Shown: positions 29,248 to 40,667 of the stretch, one piece after another
Position numbering within the stretch: position 1 is the first letter of the stretch
Layout: the number at the start of each line of letters is the position of its first letter
DNA from: Acidimicrobiia bacterium
GTDB taxonomy: Bacteria > Actinomycetota > Acidimicrobiia > Spongiisociales > JAENVV01
Assembly: GCA_041635475.1 (NCBI GenBank)
Contig: JBFKVA010000001.1
Location: 64,794 to 128,793 of the forward strand
Length of the DNA stretch: 64,000 nt
Direction of reading: 5' to 3'
The notes under the pieces: model-generated
Databases searched by the model: none
Told to the model about the DNA's origin: nothing
The model's input: the letters and a program-made list of their open reading frames with translations, nothing else
Translations under genes and position numbers: made by a program

Positions 29248-32063
29248 GGGAGGACCCGCGCCAGGAACGTGCCGGTGTAGGAGTCGGGGTGGGCGGCCAG
29301 GGACTCGGGCGTACCTTCGGCGATGACCTTGCCTCCGGCGTCCCCGCCTTCGGGACCCAAGTCGATGATCCAGTCCGCAGACTTGATCACGTCGAGGTTG
29401 TGTTCGATGACCACGACGGTGTTCCCGGCGTCGGCGAGGCGGTGGAGCACCCCCAGGAGTTTGCGGACGTCCTCGAAGTGCAGCCCGGTGGTCGGCTCGT
29501 CGAGGATGTAGAAGGTCCGGCCGGTGGACCGCCGCCCCAGCTGCTCGGCCAGCTTGACCCGCTGTGCCTCCCCACCCGAGAGCGTGGGGGCCGGTTGGCC
29601 GAGACGCACGTAGCCGAGCCCGACGTCGAAGAGGGTCTGCACGGTGCGGGCGATCGTGGGTTGGTTCTCAAAGAAGCCCAAGGCCTCCTCCACGGACATG
29701 TCGAGCACGTCCGCGATCGACCGCCCCTTCCACAGGATCTCGAGTGTCTCACGGTTGTACCGACGCCCGCCACAGTCCTCGCACGGAACGTAGACATCGG
29801 GCAGGAAGTGCATCTCGATCTTGATCGTCCCATCCCCTTTGCAGGCCGCACACCGGCCGCCCGCCACGTTGAACGAGAAGCGTCCGGGCTTGTATCCGCG
29901 GATCTTCGACTCGCCAGTGGCCGCGAACAGCGTGCGGATCTTGTCGAAGACACTCGTGTACGTGGCGGGGTTGGACCGGGGGGTCCGCCCGATCGGAGAC
30001 TGATCGATGTTGATGACCTTGTCGATCAACTCGACCCCCTCGATCCGCTTGTGGCGGCCGGGGACCACCCGGCTGCGGGCCACCTTGGCATGGAGACCCT
30101 TGGAGAGGATCTCCTCGACGAGTGACGACTTTCCCGACCCGGAGACGCCGGTCACGGCGATGAACCTTCCCAGCGGGAACGCCACGGTGAGGTTGGCGAG
30201 GTTGTTCTCGGTGGCGCCCACGATCGTGATCACCTCGCCGCTGCCGTTGCGTCGCTCCGACGGGACCGAGATCGCCCGTCGCCCGGAGAGGTAGTCCCCG
30301 GTGAGCGATCCCTTGGCAGCCATGATGGCGTCGGGTGGGCCGGCCACCACGATCTCGCCACCGTGCTCCCCGGCCCCCGGTCCAATGTCGACGACGTGGT
30401 CGGCGACCCGGATGGTCTCCTCGTCGTGCTCGACAACGATGAGTGTGTTGCCGAGATCCCGAAGCCGCAGGAGCGTCTCGATAAGACGGCGGTTGTCTCG
30501 CTGGTGGAGGCCGATCGACGGTTCGTCGAGGATGTAGAGGACGCCCACGAGTCCCGACCCGATCTGGGTGGCGAGCCGGATCCTCTGGGCTTCTCCTCCC
30601 GACAGGCTGGCCGCTCCCCGGGCCAGGGTGAGGTAGCTGAGTCCCACGTCGAGCAGGAAGCGAAGGCGTTCCACGACCTCCTTGAGCACCTGCTCGGCGA
30701 TCGTCCGTTCGCGGGGGTCGAGGTCGAGTTCGAGGAGCGTCTCGTGGGCCCGGTCGAGCGGGAGCGACTCGAGCTCGTGCAGCGAATGCCCGCCCACGGT
30801 GACGGCCCGCGACACCGGGTTGAGTCGGGCGCCACCGCAGGCGTCACACGGCACTTCCCGCATGAACTCCTGGTAGTACTCCCGGGCCCCTTCCGACTCG
30901 CTGTCCTCGTGGCGTCGCCGCACGAAGGGGACGACCCCCTCGTACCCGGTCTGGTACGTGCGGCGCCGACCGAAGCGGTTCGTGTACGTGACCTTCACCT
31001 GACGATCCCCCGCGCCGTACAGGAGAAGGTGCCGGGTCTCCTCGCTCAGCTCGGCGAACGGGGCATCGATGTCGAACCCGATGTCCTCGGAGAGGCCCGC
31101 CAGGAGACGCTGGAAGTACTTGCCCCGATGCCCGCTCCACGGGGCGATCGCTCCCTCGGCCACCGAGCGGTCGTGGTCGGGCACGAGGAGGTCCGGATCG
31201 ACCTGGAAGCGAGTTCCAATCCCGGAGCACTCCGGACACGCCCCGTACGGGCTGTTGAACGAGAAACTGCGAGGTTGGAGTTCCTCGAACGAGGCATGGC
31301 CGTTGGGGCAGGCGAAGGCCTGCGAGAAGCGCAGTTCCTGGCCCCCCTCCACCGCCACGATTACAACACCGTCGGCGAGACGGAGGGCCGTGTCGAGCGA
31401 CTCGGCCAGGCGCTGTTCCATGCCGGGCCGGCGGACGAGGCGGTCGACGACAACCTCGATCGTGTGTGTGAAGTACCGGTCGAGCCTGATCTCCTCGGAG
31501 AGATCCATGACGTCCCCGTCGATCCGCGCCCGAGAGAAGCCCTCCGTGTTCAACTCGGCCAGGAACTGCTCGTACTCGCCCTTGCGGCCCTCCACCACGG
31601 GGGCCAGGAGCTGGAAGCGGGCATCCTCGGGGAGATGCGCGATCTGGTCGGCGATCTGCTGGGGGGTCTGACGGGCCACCACCGACCCGCACGTCGGGCA
31701 GTGTGGGGTGCCGATACGGGCAAACAGCAGCCTCAGGTAGTCGTGGATCTCGGTGACCGTTCCCACGGTCGATCGGGGGTTGCGCGACGCCGTCTTCTGG
31801 TCGATCGAGATGGCGGGTGAAAGCCCGTCGATGTGGTCGACGTTGGGCTTCTCCATTTGGCCCAAGAACTGGCGGGCGTAGGCCGACAGCGACTCGACGT
31901 AGCGACGCTGGCCCTCCGCGTAGATGGTGTCGAAGGCGAGGCTCGACTTCCCCGACCCCGAAAGGCCGGTGAAGACGATGAGGCGGTCCCGCGGGAGGAC
32001 GAGGTCAATGTCCTTGAGGTTGTGTTCACGGGCGCCACGAATGACGATCTCGTCGGCTGCCAT
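29244..32063 (-). CDS. uvrA: excinuclease ABC subunit A
   Basis: Starts [58 protein letters not shown]. Two ABC ATPase modules. The 115-aa N-terminal extension of the listed ORF is discarded. Confidence 0.9.
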   Translation of the reverse strand: MAADEIVIRGAREHNLKDIDLVLPRDRLIVFTGLSGSGKSSLAFDTIYAEGQRRYVESLSAYARQFLGQMEKPNVDHIDGLSPAISIDQKTASRNPRSTVGTVTEIHDYLRLLFARIGTPHCPTCGSVVARQTPQQIADQIAHLPEDARFQLLAPVVEGRKGEYEQFLAELNTEGFSRARIDGDVMDLSEEIRLDRYFTHTIEVVVDRLVRRPGMEQRLAESLDTALRLADGVVIVAVEGGQELRFSQAFACPNGHASFEELQPRSFSFNSPYGACPECSGIGTRFQVDPDLLVPDHDRSVAEGAIAPWSGHRGKYFQRLLAGLSEDIGFDIDAPFAELSEETRHLLLYGAGDRQVKVTYTNRFGRRRTYQTGYEGVVPFVRRRHEDSESEGAREYYQEFMREVPCDACGGARLNPVSRAVTVGGHSLHELESLPLDRAHETLLELDLDPRERTIAEQVLKEVVERLRFLLDVGLSYLTLARGAASLSGGEAQRIRLATQIGSGLVGVLYILDEPSIGLHQRDNRRLIETLLRLRDLGNTLIVVEHDEETIRVADHVVDIGPGAGEHGGEIVVAGPPDAIMAAKGSLTGDYLSGRRAISVPSERRNGSGEVITIVGATENNLANLTVAFPLGRFIAVTGVSGSGKSSLVEEILSKGLHAKVARSRVVPGRHKRIEGVELIDKVINIDQSPIGRTPRSNPATYTSVFDKIRTLFAATGESKIRGYKPGRFSFNVAGGRCAACKGDGTIKIEMHFLPDVYVPCEDCGGRRYNRETLEILWKGRSIADVLDMSVEEALGFFENQPTIARTVQTLFDVGLGYVRLGQPAPTLSGGEAQRVKLAEQLGRRSTGRTFYILDEPTTGLHFEDVRKLLGVLHRLADAGNTVVVIEHNLDVIKSADWIIDLGPEGGDAGGKVIAEGTPESLAAHPDSYTGTFLARVLP

Positions 32064-32287
32064 GGGGACGGCGAGTGTAGGAGGAGCGAGGTCGGTAGCC
32101 GGGAACGACACCTCGAAAGCGTAGTCGAACAGGTGTTCGTGTCCTGGATGCTTCAGCCTCGTCCATCGCTGATCTCCCACCGGGACATCCCGTCCCGGCC
32201 GAATCGTGATGGCTGCCCCTCGACAGGCACCGGCGTTTCGTGGATCTTGGGTCGTGCCGGCCGTCCGCGCCGCTGGAGGTGACCAGA

Positions 32288-33106
32288 ATGTCCGCACCAC
32301 CCACTTCGCCCACGAGGCGGGATGTTCGAGTCGGTGTCTACCGGGGGGTGGCGGGGCTCGTCGCGCTGTTCCTCCTGGCGGTGAGTTCGCTCTGGTTGCT
32401 GTGGCCATTCGGGATCTACGTGATCAAGGACCTCGCCGAACCCGAGAATGCACGGTGGCTGGGCGGGAGTTGGGGAGCACTCGGGACCTTCATGCTGGCA
32501 CTCCCCCTCGTCGCGACGCTCCGCCGTCCGCGGGAAGCCGCCGGAATCCTCCAGTTCCACCTCGCCGGATACGCCGTCATCACGGTCGGATCCATGTTCG
32601 TCCTGGCGGAGCCGCTGACCATCGACCAGGTGATCCCCTTCGTCCTTCTCATCGCGAGCTACCCGGCACCGAGGGCCCTGCTGAAGGTCCCGAGATCGGT
32701 CGACCGGCGCCTGCTCGGTGTCACCGTCGTCGCCGCCCTGGCCGCCGTCCCGATCGTCACCACCGGCAGCGCCGACAACGCCGCGCACCTCGGTAGCGAA
32801 GCCCAGGCAATCGGAGCGTTCCACCACGCGGGCTGGATCGCGACACTTGCCATCCTGGCCCTGCTGTTCGCAGCGCTTCGAGTCGACGGTGCCGCCGTTC
32901 CCGTGCGCCTGGCCGGCATCGCCGTGGCCTACCTCGGGATGGCCTCGATGATCGTCCCCGACCAGGCCGGGAGCTGGGGGTTCTACCCCGGCCTGGCAGC
33001 CCTCGTCGGCGGCGGCCTCGTCGCCATGCTGCCGAGATTCATGGCCAACTCCGACGCAGCGTCGTCACGCCGACAATACCCTCGCGGGCACCGACCCCCG
33101 GTGTAG
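32288..33106 (+). CDS. hypothetical polytopic membrane protein
   Basis: ~8 TM segments. Ends 3 nt before the histidine kinase start. Confidence 0.5.
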   Translation: MSAPPTSPTRRDVRVGVYRGVAGLVALFLLAVSSLWLLWPFGIYVIKDLAEPENARWLGGSWGALGTFMLALPLVATLRRPREAAGILQFHLAGYAVITVGSMFVLAEPLTIDQVIPFVLLIASYPAPRALLKVPRSVDRRLLGVTVVAALAAVPIVTTGSADNAAHLGSEAQAIGAFHHAGWIATLAILALLFAALRVDGAAVPVRLAGIAVAYLGMASMIVPDQAGSWGFYPGLAALVGGGLVAMLPRFMANSDAASSRRQYPRGHRPPV

Positions 33107-33108
33107 GT

Positions 33109-35181
33109 GTGCAGCAGTTCGTCAGGCGATCCGCTCAGCCCTTCTCCCCCACGTCCATGGGTGGGAGGAAACTCGTCCGGGCCGGCTGGTCGGCCGGGGT
33201 TCTCGCCATCATGGCCGTCGCCATCGGCCGGATCGAACGGCCGCTGAGCGGCCCGCGACACACCCTCATGGACCCGGAACTGGTCACCCAAGGCCTTGAG
33301 GAACTGGGGATCACGGCCGGCACGTACACGTTCGTCAGCATCGGGCGAATCGTCCTCCTTGCCGCGTTCCTTCTCGGAGTTGCCCTCACCATCACGTGGC
33401 GGGCTGCGGAGACAAGGGGGGGTGGCGTCTTCGCGCTGGTCCTCAGCGGCTTCGGGGCGGTGCTCCTGCTCGATGTGCTCGGTCCGTCGGCGGGACCGGG
33501 CAGATGGGGGATGGTCGTGGGGACATCGGTGTTCACCTCGGCGTTCTTCGCGTTCTACCTCTTTCCTGACGGTCGGTTCGTGCCGCGCTGGACCGTGTGG
33601 CTCATGCCGCTGTGGGGAGTGGCGATCATCGCATCGGGGTTCCCGGAAGCGACAGCAGTCACCGACCGCGTGCCGTCGCCGGTGACCGAGGTGTTCTTCG
33701 GGGCCCTGTTCTTGAGCTGTCCGGCGGCACTGGTCCTTCGGTATCGGAACCACTCGGACCCTGCCCAGCGCCAGCAGGTCAAGTGGGTCGCCTTCGGCCT
33801 CGGGATCATGGTCGTCGCCTACCTGGCCTTCTGGGTCGGGCCCGAGCTCGTCCCCGGCTCCCTCGACAGCCCCCGCGCGGTCGCCTTCCACGATCTCGTC
33901 GGAGGCACCCTCCTCGTCGCCGGCTTCGGAGCCCTCCCCGCCGGGTTGGCCATGGCGCTCCTTCGCCTCCGGCTGTGGGGGGTCGACCCGATCATGGGGC
34001 GAACACTCGTCTTCGGCGGCCTGACCGCGGCCGTGGTCATGATCTACATCGGCGTGGTGAGTTACCTCGGAGCCGTTCTCGGACTCGAGGAGGGGAGAGC
34101 CGTCTCGCTCGTGGCCACCGGCATCGTTGCCGTGGCGGTCCAACCGATGCGCTCGTCGCTCCAACGTGGCGTGAACCGGCTTCTCTACGGCCGCCGCAGC
34201 GAACCGTACGAGGCGATCACGCAGCTGGGGCGGAGTCTCGAAGTCAGCGGCTCCCCCGAGGACATGCTCGAGGTGGTCGTCGACACCGTCCGCAGCGTGC
34301 TTCGGCTCCCGTACGCCGCGATCCAGGTGGAGGACGGTGACCGCGTCGTTCGCCGGGCGGAGTCGGGACGGGTCATCGGGGACCTCGTCGTCTTTCCACT
34401 CGTGCACGGCTCGGAGCGGGTGGGGGCGATGACCCTGTCCCCCCGATCCCCCGATGGGCACTTCACCCAACCCGAGGTCCGCCTCCTCACCGATCTTGCC
34501 CGTCACGCGGGCGGGGTGGCGCGGGCGGTCGGCCTCACCGCTCAACTGCAACACGCCAGGGAGAGCCTCGTCCAGGCCCGGGAGGAGGAGCGCCGATGGC
34601 TGAGCCAGGAGCTTCATGACGGCCTGGGGCCACTCCTGGCCAGCCAAACGCTCACGATCGCCGCGGCGCACAGGGCCATCTCCAGCGACCCCGGGGTGGC
34701 CGGCCACTACCTGGAGGACGCCATCGGCCAGGCGCAGTGCGCCATCGAGGACGTCAGACGCATCGTCCTGGGCCTTCGACCGCCGATCCTCGACTCGCTC
34801 GGGATCGAGGGAGCGCTCGGTGCCCTTGCCTCCGACCTCGGCGCCGGCGGCCTTGCCATCGAGGTGTCGATCATGGCCCCGCCATCCACCCTCCCGGCGG
34901 CGACTGAAGTGGCGTGCTACCGGATCGCCCAGGAAGCACTCACCAACGTCGTCCGTCACTCTGGTGCGTCCTCGTGCCGACTCAGCCTCACCGTGAATGA
35001 TCGGATCGTGCTCTCGGTCGAGGACGACGGCCGGGGCATACGGCCCGACACGCCGGACGGGGTCGGGCTCACCTCGATGCGCAATCGAGCGGAGGAGTTG
35101 GGAGGCACCCTGGACGTCACGTCGACGGCGGACCGTGGGACGATCGTTCGGGCGTCCCTTCCCCGCCTGGGGGCCCAATGA
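33109..35181 (+). CDS. sensor histidine kinase (multi-TM N-terminus, GAF-like, HisKA_3 + HATPase)
   Basis: H-box EERRWLSQELHDGLGPLLA (NarL-type partner). HATPase ...EDDGRGI...GVGLTSMRNRAEELGG. Confidence 0.8.
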   Translation: MQQFVRRSAQPFSPTSMGGRKLVRAGWSAGVLAIMAVAIGRIERPLSGPRHTLMDPELVTQGLEELGITAGTYTFVSIGRIVLLAAFLLGVALTITWRAAETRGGGVFALVLSGFGAVLLLDVLGPSAGPGRWGMVVGTSVFTSAFFAFYLFPDGRFVPRWTVWLMPLWGVAIIASGFPEATAVTDRVPSPVTEVFFGALFLSCPAALVLRYRNHSDPAQRQQVKWVAFGLGIMVVAYLAFWVGPELVPGSLDSPRAVAFHDLVGGTLLVAGFGALPAGLAMALLRLRLWGVDPIMGRTLVFGGLTAAVVMIYIGVVSYLGAVLGLEEGRAVSLVATGIVAVAVQPMRSSLQRGVNRLLYGRRSEPYEAITQLGRSLEVSGSPEDMLEVVVDTVRSVLRLPYAAIQVEDGDRVVRRAESGRVIGDLVVFPLVHGSERVGAMTLSPRSPDGHFTQPEVRLLTDLARHAGGVARAVGLTAQLQHARESLVQAREEERRWLSQELHDGLGPLLASQTLTIAAAHRAISSDPGVAGHYLEDAIGQAQCAIEDVRRIVLGLRPPILDSLGIEGALGALASDLGAGGLAIEVSIMAPPSTLPAATEVACYRIAQEALTNVVRHSGASSCRLSLTVNDRIVLSVEDDGRGIRPDTPDGVGLTSMRNRAEELGGTLDVTSTADRGTIVRASLPRLGAQ

Positions 35182-35813
35182 GCACAACCGTGTCCATTCT
35201 CCTGGTGGACGACCATCCGTTGTTCCGCCTCGGGCTGCGGAACCTCCTCGAGGGCCTCCCGGATCTCGCCGTCGTCGGGGAGGCTGCCGACGGCGCCGAG
35301 GCGGTGGGGTTGGTGGAGGAGCTCGAACCGACGCTCGTCATCATGGACATCGCCATGCGCGGCCTCAACGGCGTGGAGTCGACGCGCCAGATCCTCGAGC
35401 GGAGGCCCGGGACCCGGGTGCTCATCGTCACGATGTTCGACGACGACTCCGTGTTCGACGCCGTGAAGGCCGGCGCCCTCGGCTACATCCTCAAGGGCGC
35501 CGACCCCGACGAGATCATCAGGGCGATCCGGTCGGTGGCCAACGGCGAGGCGATCTTCAGTCCCAACACCGCCCGGCGTCTCTCGGCGTTCTTCTCCCGG
35601 TCCAAACCGGCCACACCCTTCCCGGAACTCACCGAACGCGAGCAGCAGGTGCTCCAGCGCATCGCCCGCGGGCTCACGAACGCCGCGATAGCCGACGAGC
35701 TGTACCTCTCCGACAAGACGGTGCGGAACCACGTGTCGAACATCTTCTCCAAGCTCCACGTCGCCAGCCGGGCCGAGGCCGTGGTTCGGGCCCGTGATGC
35801 CGGGGTCGGCTGA
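35178..35813 (+). CDS. LuxR/NarL-family response regulator
   Basis: Receiver ILLVDDHPLFR...MDIAM plus HTH LTEREQQVLQRIARGLTNAAIADELYLSDKTVRNH. 4-nt overlap with the kinase. Confidence 0.9.
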   Translation: MSTTVSILLVDDHPLFRLGLRNLLEGLPDLAVVGEAADGAEAVGLVEELEPTLVIMDIAMRGLNGVESTRQILERRPGTRVLIVTMFDDDSVFDAVKAGALGYILKGADPDEIIRAIRSVANGEAIFSPNTARRLSAFFSRSKPATPFPELTEREQQVLQRIARGLTNAAIADELYLSDKTVRNHVSNIFSKLHVASRAEAVVRARDAGVG

Positions 35814-35815
35814 GG

Positions 35816-37816
35816 TCACTCGACGGTCTGGTGCCTGAGGTCGCGTCGAAGCTCGGTGATCTCGTCGCGGAGGCGGGCGGCGTACTCGAAGCGAAGCTCC
35901 TTGGCGGCTTCGTGCATCTCCTCCTCGAGGGTGAGGATGAGGCGTTCGAGGTCGTCTCCCTCCAGTTGCAGCGGTTCGCGCCTCACTTCGCGTCGACGGC
36001 GGCCGGGACCTGCCACATCGGATTGGACGAGCTCGAGGATGTCGGAGACCTGTTTGCGGATCGTCTGGGGGTCGATCCCGTGCTCGACGTTGTACGCCTC
36101 CTGCAGGGAGCGGCGTCGGTTGGTCTCGCCGATGGCGAAGCGCATGGAGTCGGTGACGTTGTCGGCGTACATGAGGACCTGCCCGTCGACATTGCGGGCG
36201 GCCCGTCCGATGGTCTGGATGAGTGACGTCGACGAGCGCAGGAAGCCTTCCTTGTCGGCATCGAGGATCGCCACGAGGCTGACCTCCGGCAGGTCGAGCC
36301 CCTCCCGGAGGAGGTTGATCCCGACAAGGCAGTCGAACTCCCCCAGCCGCAACTCACGCAGGATCTGGACCCGCTCGAGGGTGTCGACCTCGGAGTGGAG
36401 GTACCGGGCGCGGACACCCATCTCAAGGAGGTACTCGGTGAGGTCCTCGGCCATCTTCTTCGTGAGCGTGGTCACGAGCACCCTCTGGTCGGCCTCGGCC
36501 CGCTCGTTGATCTCGGCTAGGAGGTCGTCGATCTGCCCCTTGGTCGGCCGGATCACCACCTCAGGGTCGATGAGGCCGGTGGGGCGGATGATCTGCTCGA
36601 CCATGTTCGTCGAGTGTTCACGTTCGAACGGGCCGGGCGTGGCGGACAGGAACACGACCTGCCCCGCCTTGTCGAGCCACTCATCGAACCGCAGGGGGCG
36701 GTTGTCCATGGCCGAGGGCAGCCGGAACCCGTGCTCGACGAGGGTCTCCTTGCGGGTTCGGTCACCGTGGTACTGGCCGCCGAGCTGGGGGATGGTCACG
36801 TGGGACTCGTCGATGATGGTGAGGTAGTTGCGGGGGAAGTAGTCGAGGAGGGTGTACGGGGCTTCCCCGGCCTCGCGGCCATCGAGGTAGCGGGAGTAGT
36901 TCTCGATCCCGTTGCAGTAGCCCAGTTCCCGCATCATCTCGAGGTCGTAGTGGGTCCGCATGCGCAGTCGCTGGGCCTCGAGCAGCTTCTGGCTGCCTTC
37001 GAGTTCCGTGAGCTGGTCACCGAGTTCGGCCTCGATGCCATCGATCGCCACCCGGAGCCGTTCCTGGCTCGTGACGTAGTGGCTCGCCGGGTAGATGAAC
37101 ACCTCGTTGAGTTCGTCGAGTACTTCTCCGGTGAGCGGGTTCATGCGCAGGATGCGCTCGACCTCGTCGCCCCAGTACTCGATGCGAAGGATCGTCTCGT
37201 CGTAGGCCGGGAAGACCTCGAGCGTGTCCCCTTTGGCCCGGAACGAACCACGGATGAGGTTCATGTCGTTGCGGTCGTATTGGATGTCGACGAGGCGCCG
37301 TTTGGCGTCGCCCATCGGGAACTCGACGCCACGGACGAGCCGGAGGAGTTGGCCCTCGTACTGCTCGGGGGACCCGAGCCCGTAGATGGCCGAGACCGAG
37401 GCGACGATGATCACGTCGTCCCTGGTGAGAAGCGCAGACGTCGCGGCGTGGCGGAGACGGTCGATCTCGTCGTTGACGCTGGAGTCCTTCTCGATGTACG
37501 TGTCACTCGACGGGATGTACGCCTCCGGTTGGTAGTAGTCGTAGTAGGAGACGAAGTACTCGACGCGGTTCTCAGGGAAGAACTGCCGGAACTCGTTGGC
37601 GAGTTGGGCGGCGAGGGCCTTGTTGGGGGCCAGGACGATCGCCGGTCGCTGCGTGCGTTCGATGAGCCAGGCCACCGTGGCGGACTTGCCCGACCCGGTG
37701 ATGCCCATGAGCGTCTGGAAGCGCTCGCCTCCCAGGACACCATCGGCCAACGCCGTGATGGCCTCTGGCTGGTCGCCGGCTGGGTCGAAATCGGAGTGGA
37801 CGGTGAAGGTCGGCAC
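35816..37816 (-). CDS. uvrB: excinuclease ABC subunit B
   Basis: [11 protein letters not shown] Walker A and the beta-hairpin region [10 protein letters not shown]. Confidence 0.9.
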   Translation of the reverse strand: MPTFTVHSDFDPAGDQPEAITALADGVLGGERFQTLMGITGSGKSATVAWLIERTQRPAIVLAPNKALAAQLANEFRQFFPENRVEYFVSYYDYYQPEAYIPSSDTYIEKDSSVNDEIDRLRHAATSALLTRDDVIIVASVSAIYGLGSPEQYEGQLLRLVRGVEFPMGDAKRRLVDIQYDRNDMNLIRGSFRAKGDTLEVFPAYDETILRIEYWGDEVERILRMNPLTGEVLDELNEVFIYPASHYVTSQERLRVAIDGIEAELGDQLTELEGSQKLLEAQRLRMRTHYDLEMMRELGYCNGIENYSRYLDGREAGEAPYTLLDYFPRNYLTIIDESHVTIPQLGGQYHGDRTRKETLVEHGFRLPSAMDNRPLRFDEWLDKAGQVVFLSATPGPFEREHSTNMVEQIIRPTGLIDPEVVIRPTKGQIDDLLAEINERAEADQRVLVTTLTKKMAEDLTEYLLEMGVRARYLHSEVDTLERVQILRELRLGEFDCLVGINLLREGLDLPEVSLVAILDADKEGFLRSSTSLIQTIGRAARNVDGQVLMYADNVTDSMRFAIGETNRRRSLQEAYNVEHGIDPQTIRKQVSDILELVQSDVAGPGRRRREVRREPLQLEGDDLERLILTLEEEMHEAAKELRFEYAARLRDEITELRRDLRHQTVE

Positions 37817-37845
37817 GGGGAGGCGACGCTACCAGTGTGGGGGGG

Positions 37846-38448
37846 TCAGCCGGGGGGTGACGCACCCTCGGGCGACTCGCCGAGGCGGCTCCACAGGTGA
37901 TCGACGGCCGCCTCCAGGTCGGTGAGGTCGCCGTCGTTGGCAACGACCTCGTCGGCGAGGGCTCGCCACTCGGCACGCGACGGCTGAGCGGCCATGCGGG
38001 CCTCGATGTCGGCGGCCTCCATGCCTCGGCCGGCCAGGCGGGACCGGCGCGCCAAATCGTCCACGTCGACCACGACCCGGGGCCACGCCGGGTCGAGCCA
38101 GCGGGCGGGGATCGGGATCTCGACGACCACCACCGAGGCGTCGCTGTCGTCGATCCGGCGATGGATGAGGCGGCTGATCTCCGGGTGGGTCATGGCCTCC
38201 AACTCGCTGAGGGCGCCCGGTTCGGCGAACACGATGCGACCAAGCGCTCCCCGATCGATCCGGCCGTCGACGACGACGGACGGCCACCGCTCGGCCACGG
38301 GTCCGAACGCCGCCCCACCGGGCTCAAGGACGGCATGACCGAGGCGGTCCGCCTCGATGACGTCGGCGCCGCGGGCGGCGAGGAGGCGGGCGACGGTTGA
38401 CTTGCCGGTGCCGATGCCGCCGGTGAGGACGACGACGGCTGGGATCAG
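37846..38448 (-). CDS. coaE: dephospho-CoA kinase
   Basis: VVLTGGIGTGKSTVARLL P-loop. The start abuts the CBS gene stop, so a non-ATG start is likely. Confidence 0.7.
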   Translation of the reverse strand: MIPAVVVLTGGIGTGKSTVARLLAARGADVIEADRLGHAVLEPGGAAFGPVAERWPSVVVDGRIDRGALGRIVFAEPGALSELEAMTHPEISRLIHRRIDDSDASVVVVEIPIPARWLDPAWPRVVVDVDDLARRSRLAGRGMEAADIEARMAAQPSRAEWRALADEVVANDGDLTDLEAAVDHLWSRLGESPEGASPPG

Positions 38449-38822
38449 CTCATCTCCTCGACGACTCCCCACAGAACGTCCTTCATGGACGCCACCCCGA
38501 CGAGCTCGCCGTTCTCGGTGATGGGCAGATGCCGGTAGCCGACGGCCAGCATCCAGGCGGCCGCATCGTCGACGTCCACCTCGACGTCCACCGTGTCGGG
38601 ATCCGGGGTCATCCAACGCTCGACCGGTTCGGCGTGCGTGTCCCCGACGTCGGCTGCGGCCCGCACGACGTCGCGCTCGGTGAAGATCCCGATCATCCGA
38701 CCGTCCTTGTAGACGGCGAGCGAACCGATGGCGAGGTCGACCATCATCTGGGCCGCCGCCGTCACCGTGGTGGAGGGCGCGCAGCCCGCGGGCGTGCCTT
38801 GCACAAGTTCGCGTACCTGCAT
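38445..38822 (-). CDS. CBS domain pair protein
   Basis: 125 aa with two CBS motifs. Confidence 0.7.
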   Translation of the reverse strand: MQVRELVQGTPAGCAPSTTVTAAAQMMVDLAIGSLAVYKDGRMIGIFTERDVVRAAADVGDTHAEPVERWMTPDPDTVDVEVDVDDAAAWMLAVGYRHLPITENGELVGVASMKDVLWGVVEEMS

Positions 38823-38944
38823 GTGGCCCTCCGTCGGTTGGCGTCGCCATCAGTTTACGCCGACCGGAGGGAGCCCTCGCCAAAAGCGGACGCGGAGAGG
38901 TCCCGGCCGGGGCCGGGACCTCTCAATCCTCGCGGGGGCGGCGG

Positions 38945-40522
38945 TCAGCGACGGCCGATACCGCGCTCCTTGAGTTCTTGGAGGATGGCCTCGAGTGAGG
39001 CATCACCGGCGAACGACGGCTCACTCTCCTTCTCCTTCTCGTCCTCGCGCTCGAACTCGCGGGTGCGGGGACGGCGGCGCCGGGGCCGATCCTCCGAGGG
39101 TGCGGCCGACTCCGGCCGAGGACGCGGTGACGGCCGGCTCGACGGCTCCACGACGCGCTCCTGGTAGCCGGGTGCGGCTTGCTTGATCGACAGCGACACC
39201 CGTCGGCGCTCACCGTCCATCTCGGTGATCTTGACCTTCACCACCTGTCCCAGCGAGAGCTCCAGCTCGGGTGACTCGACCCGATGCATGGCGATCTCCG
39301 AGACATGGACGAGTCCTTCGACGCCGTCACCCACGGTGACGAACGCCCCGAACGGGACCGTCTTGGTGACGGATCCGTCCACGATGTCGCCCACGCCGTT
39401 GGCCTCGGCAAACGCCTCCCACGGGTCCTTCTGGGTCTGCTTGATCGAAAGCGAGATGCGTTCCCGGTCGCGGTCGACCTCGAGCACCTTGACGGTGACC
39501 TTGTCGCCGACCTTCACGACCTCCGACGGGTGGTTGACGTGCTGGTACGACAGCTCGGAAACGTGGACGAGTCCATCCATGCCGCCGAGGTCGACGAACG
39601 CACCGAAGTTCACGACCGACGAGACCACGCCCTCGGCGATGTTGCCTTCGGCCAGGTCGTCGAGGAACGCCTGGCGCTGCTCGGCCTGCTCCTCCTCCAA
39701 GTAGGCGCGGCGGGAGAGGACGACGTTGTTCCGATTGCGGTCGATCTCGATGACCTTGGCCTCGATCGTCTCGCCGATGTACGGGTCGAGGTCACGGACC
39801 CGGCGCAGTTCGACGAGCGATGCCGGGAGGAACCCGCGCAGCCCGATGTCCACGATGAGCCCACCCTTGACAACCTCGATCACCGGGCCGCTCACGGTCT
39901 CGTGGGCAGCGGCGATCTGTTCGATGCGGCCCCAGGCGCGCTCGTACTGGGCCCGCTTCTTGGACAGGATGAGGCGACCTTCCTCGTCCTCCTTGTCGAG
40001 GACGAGCGCTTCGATCTCGTCCCCCTCGGAGACGACCGTGCGCGGATCGACGGCCTTGCGGATCGACAGTTCGTTGAGAGGAATGACCCCTTCGGACTTG
40101 AAGCCGATGTCGACGAGGACCTCGTCGCGGCCAATGGCGACGACAACCCCTTTGACGATGTCACCCTCCTCGAAGTTGAGCATCGTGAGCGAGAGCGCCT
40201 CCTCGAAGTCCACGTCGTCGGGCAGGGCGCTCAGGTCCTGGGCTTCGATGGCGGGGCGGAGGGTGGCGGGCACCACGATCGCGGGGTCCGCATCGGGCGG
40301 TGCCGCCGCCTCGGGAGCCGGCGCGGGGGCCGTCTCGGCTTCGGCGGCCGGGGCCTCGATCTCGGTCTCTGCCGTCTCGGCCGGCTCCGGGTCGCCGGTC
40401 TCGGTCACCTCGGTGACGGGGTCCGGGGTCGGGGTCTCGGCTGCTTCGGTGTCGGCGGACGCCTGGGCGGTGTCTGCCGTCTCGGGCGCTGGATCCTCCA
40501 GCGCGTGGTCGTGTTCTGACAT
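38945..40522 (-). CDS. rpsA: 30S ribosomal protein S1 (with ~90-aa acidic low-complexity N-terminal extension)
   Basis: Four S1 domains (GDIVKGVVVAIGRDEVLVDIGFKSEGVIP..., etc.). Starts MSEHDHALEDPAPETADTAQ.... The listed ORF's further N-terminus overlaps polA and is discarded. Confidence 0.85.
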   Translation of the reverse strand: MSEHDHALEDPAPETADTAQASADTEAAETPTPDPVTEVTETGDPEPAETAETEIEAPAAEAETAPAPAPEAAAPPDADPAIVVPATLRPAIEAQDLSALPDDVDFEEALSLTMLNFEEGDIVKGVVVAIGRDEVLVDIGFKSEGVIPLNELSIRKAVDPRTVVSEGDEIEALVLDKEDEEGRLILSKKRAQYERAWGRIEQIAAAHETVSGPVIEVVKGGLIVDIGLRGFLPASLVELRRVRDLDPYIGETIEAKVIEIDRNRNNVVLSRRAYLEEEQAEQRQAFLDDLAEGNIAEGVVSSVVNFGAFVDLGGMDGLVHVSELSYQHVNHPSEVVKVGDKVTVKVLEVDRDRERISLSIKQTQKDPWEAFAEANGVGDIVDGSVTKTVPFGAFVTVGDGVEGLVHVSEIAMHRVESPELELSLGQVVKVKITEMDGERRRVSLSIKQAAPGYQERVVEPSSRPSPRPRPESAAPSEDRPRRRRPRTREFEREDEKEKESEPSFAGDASLEAILQELKERGIGRR

Positions 40523-40667
40523 AGGGTGTGGGTTACCTCCGGGGGGAACTCCTTGCGGCGCGCGCCGAGCGCTGCCGAAGGGCGAGTGGAGCATACCGGT
40601 GCCGGGCGAGAAACACCAACGGCGTGGGCCGCCGGGCCCCGGATCGCGCTCACCCGACCCGGTCGGG

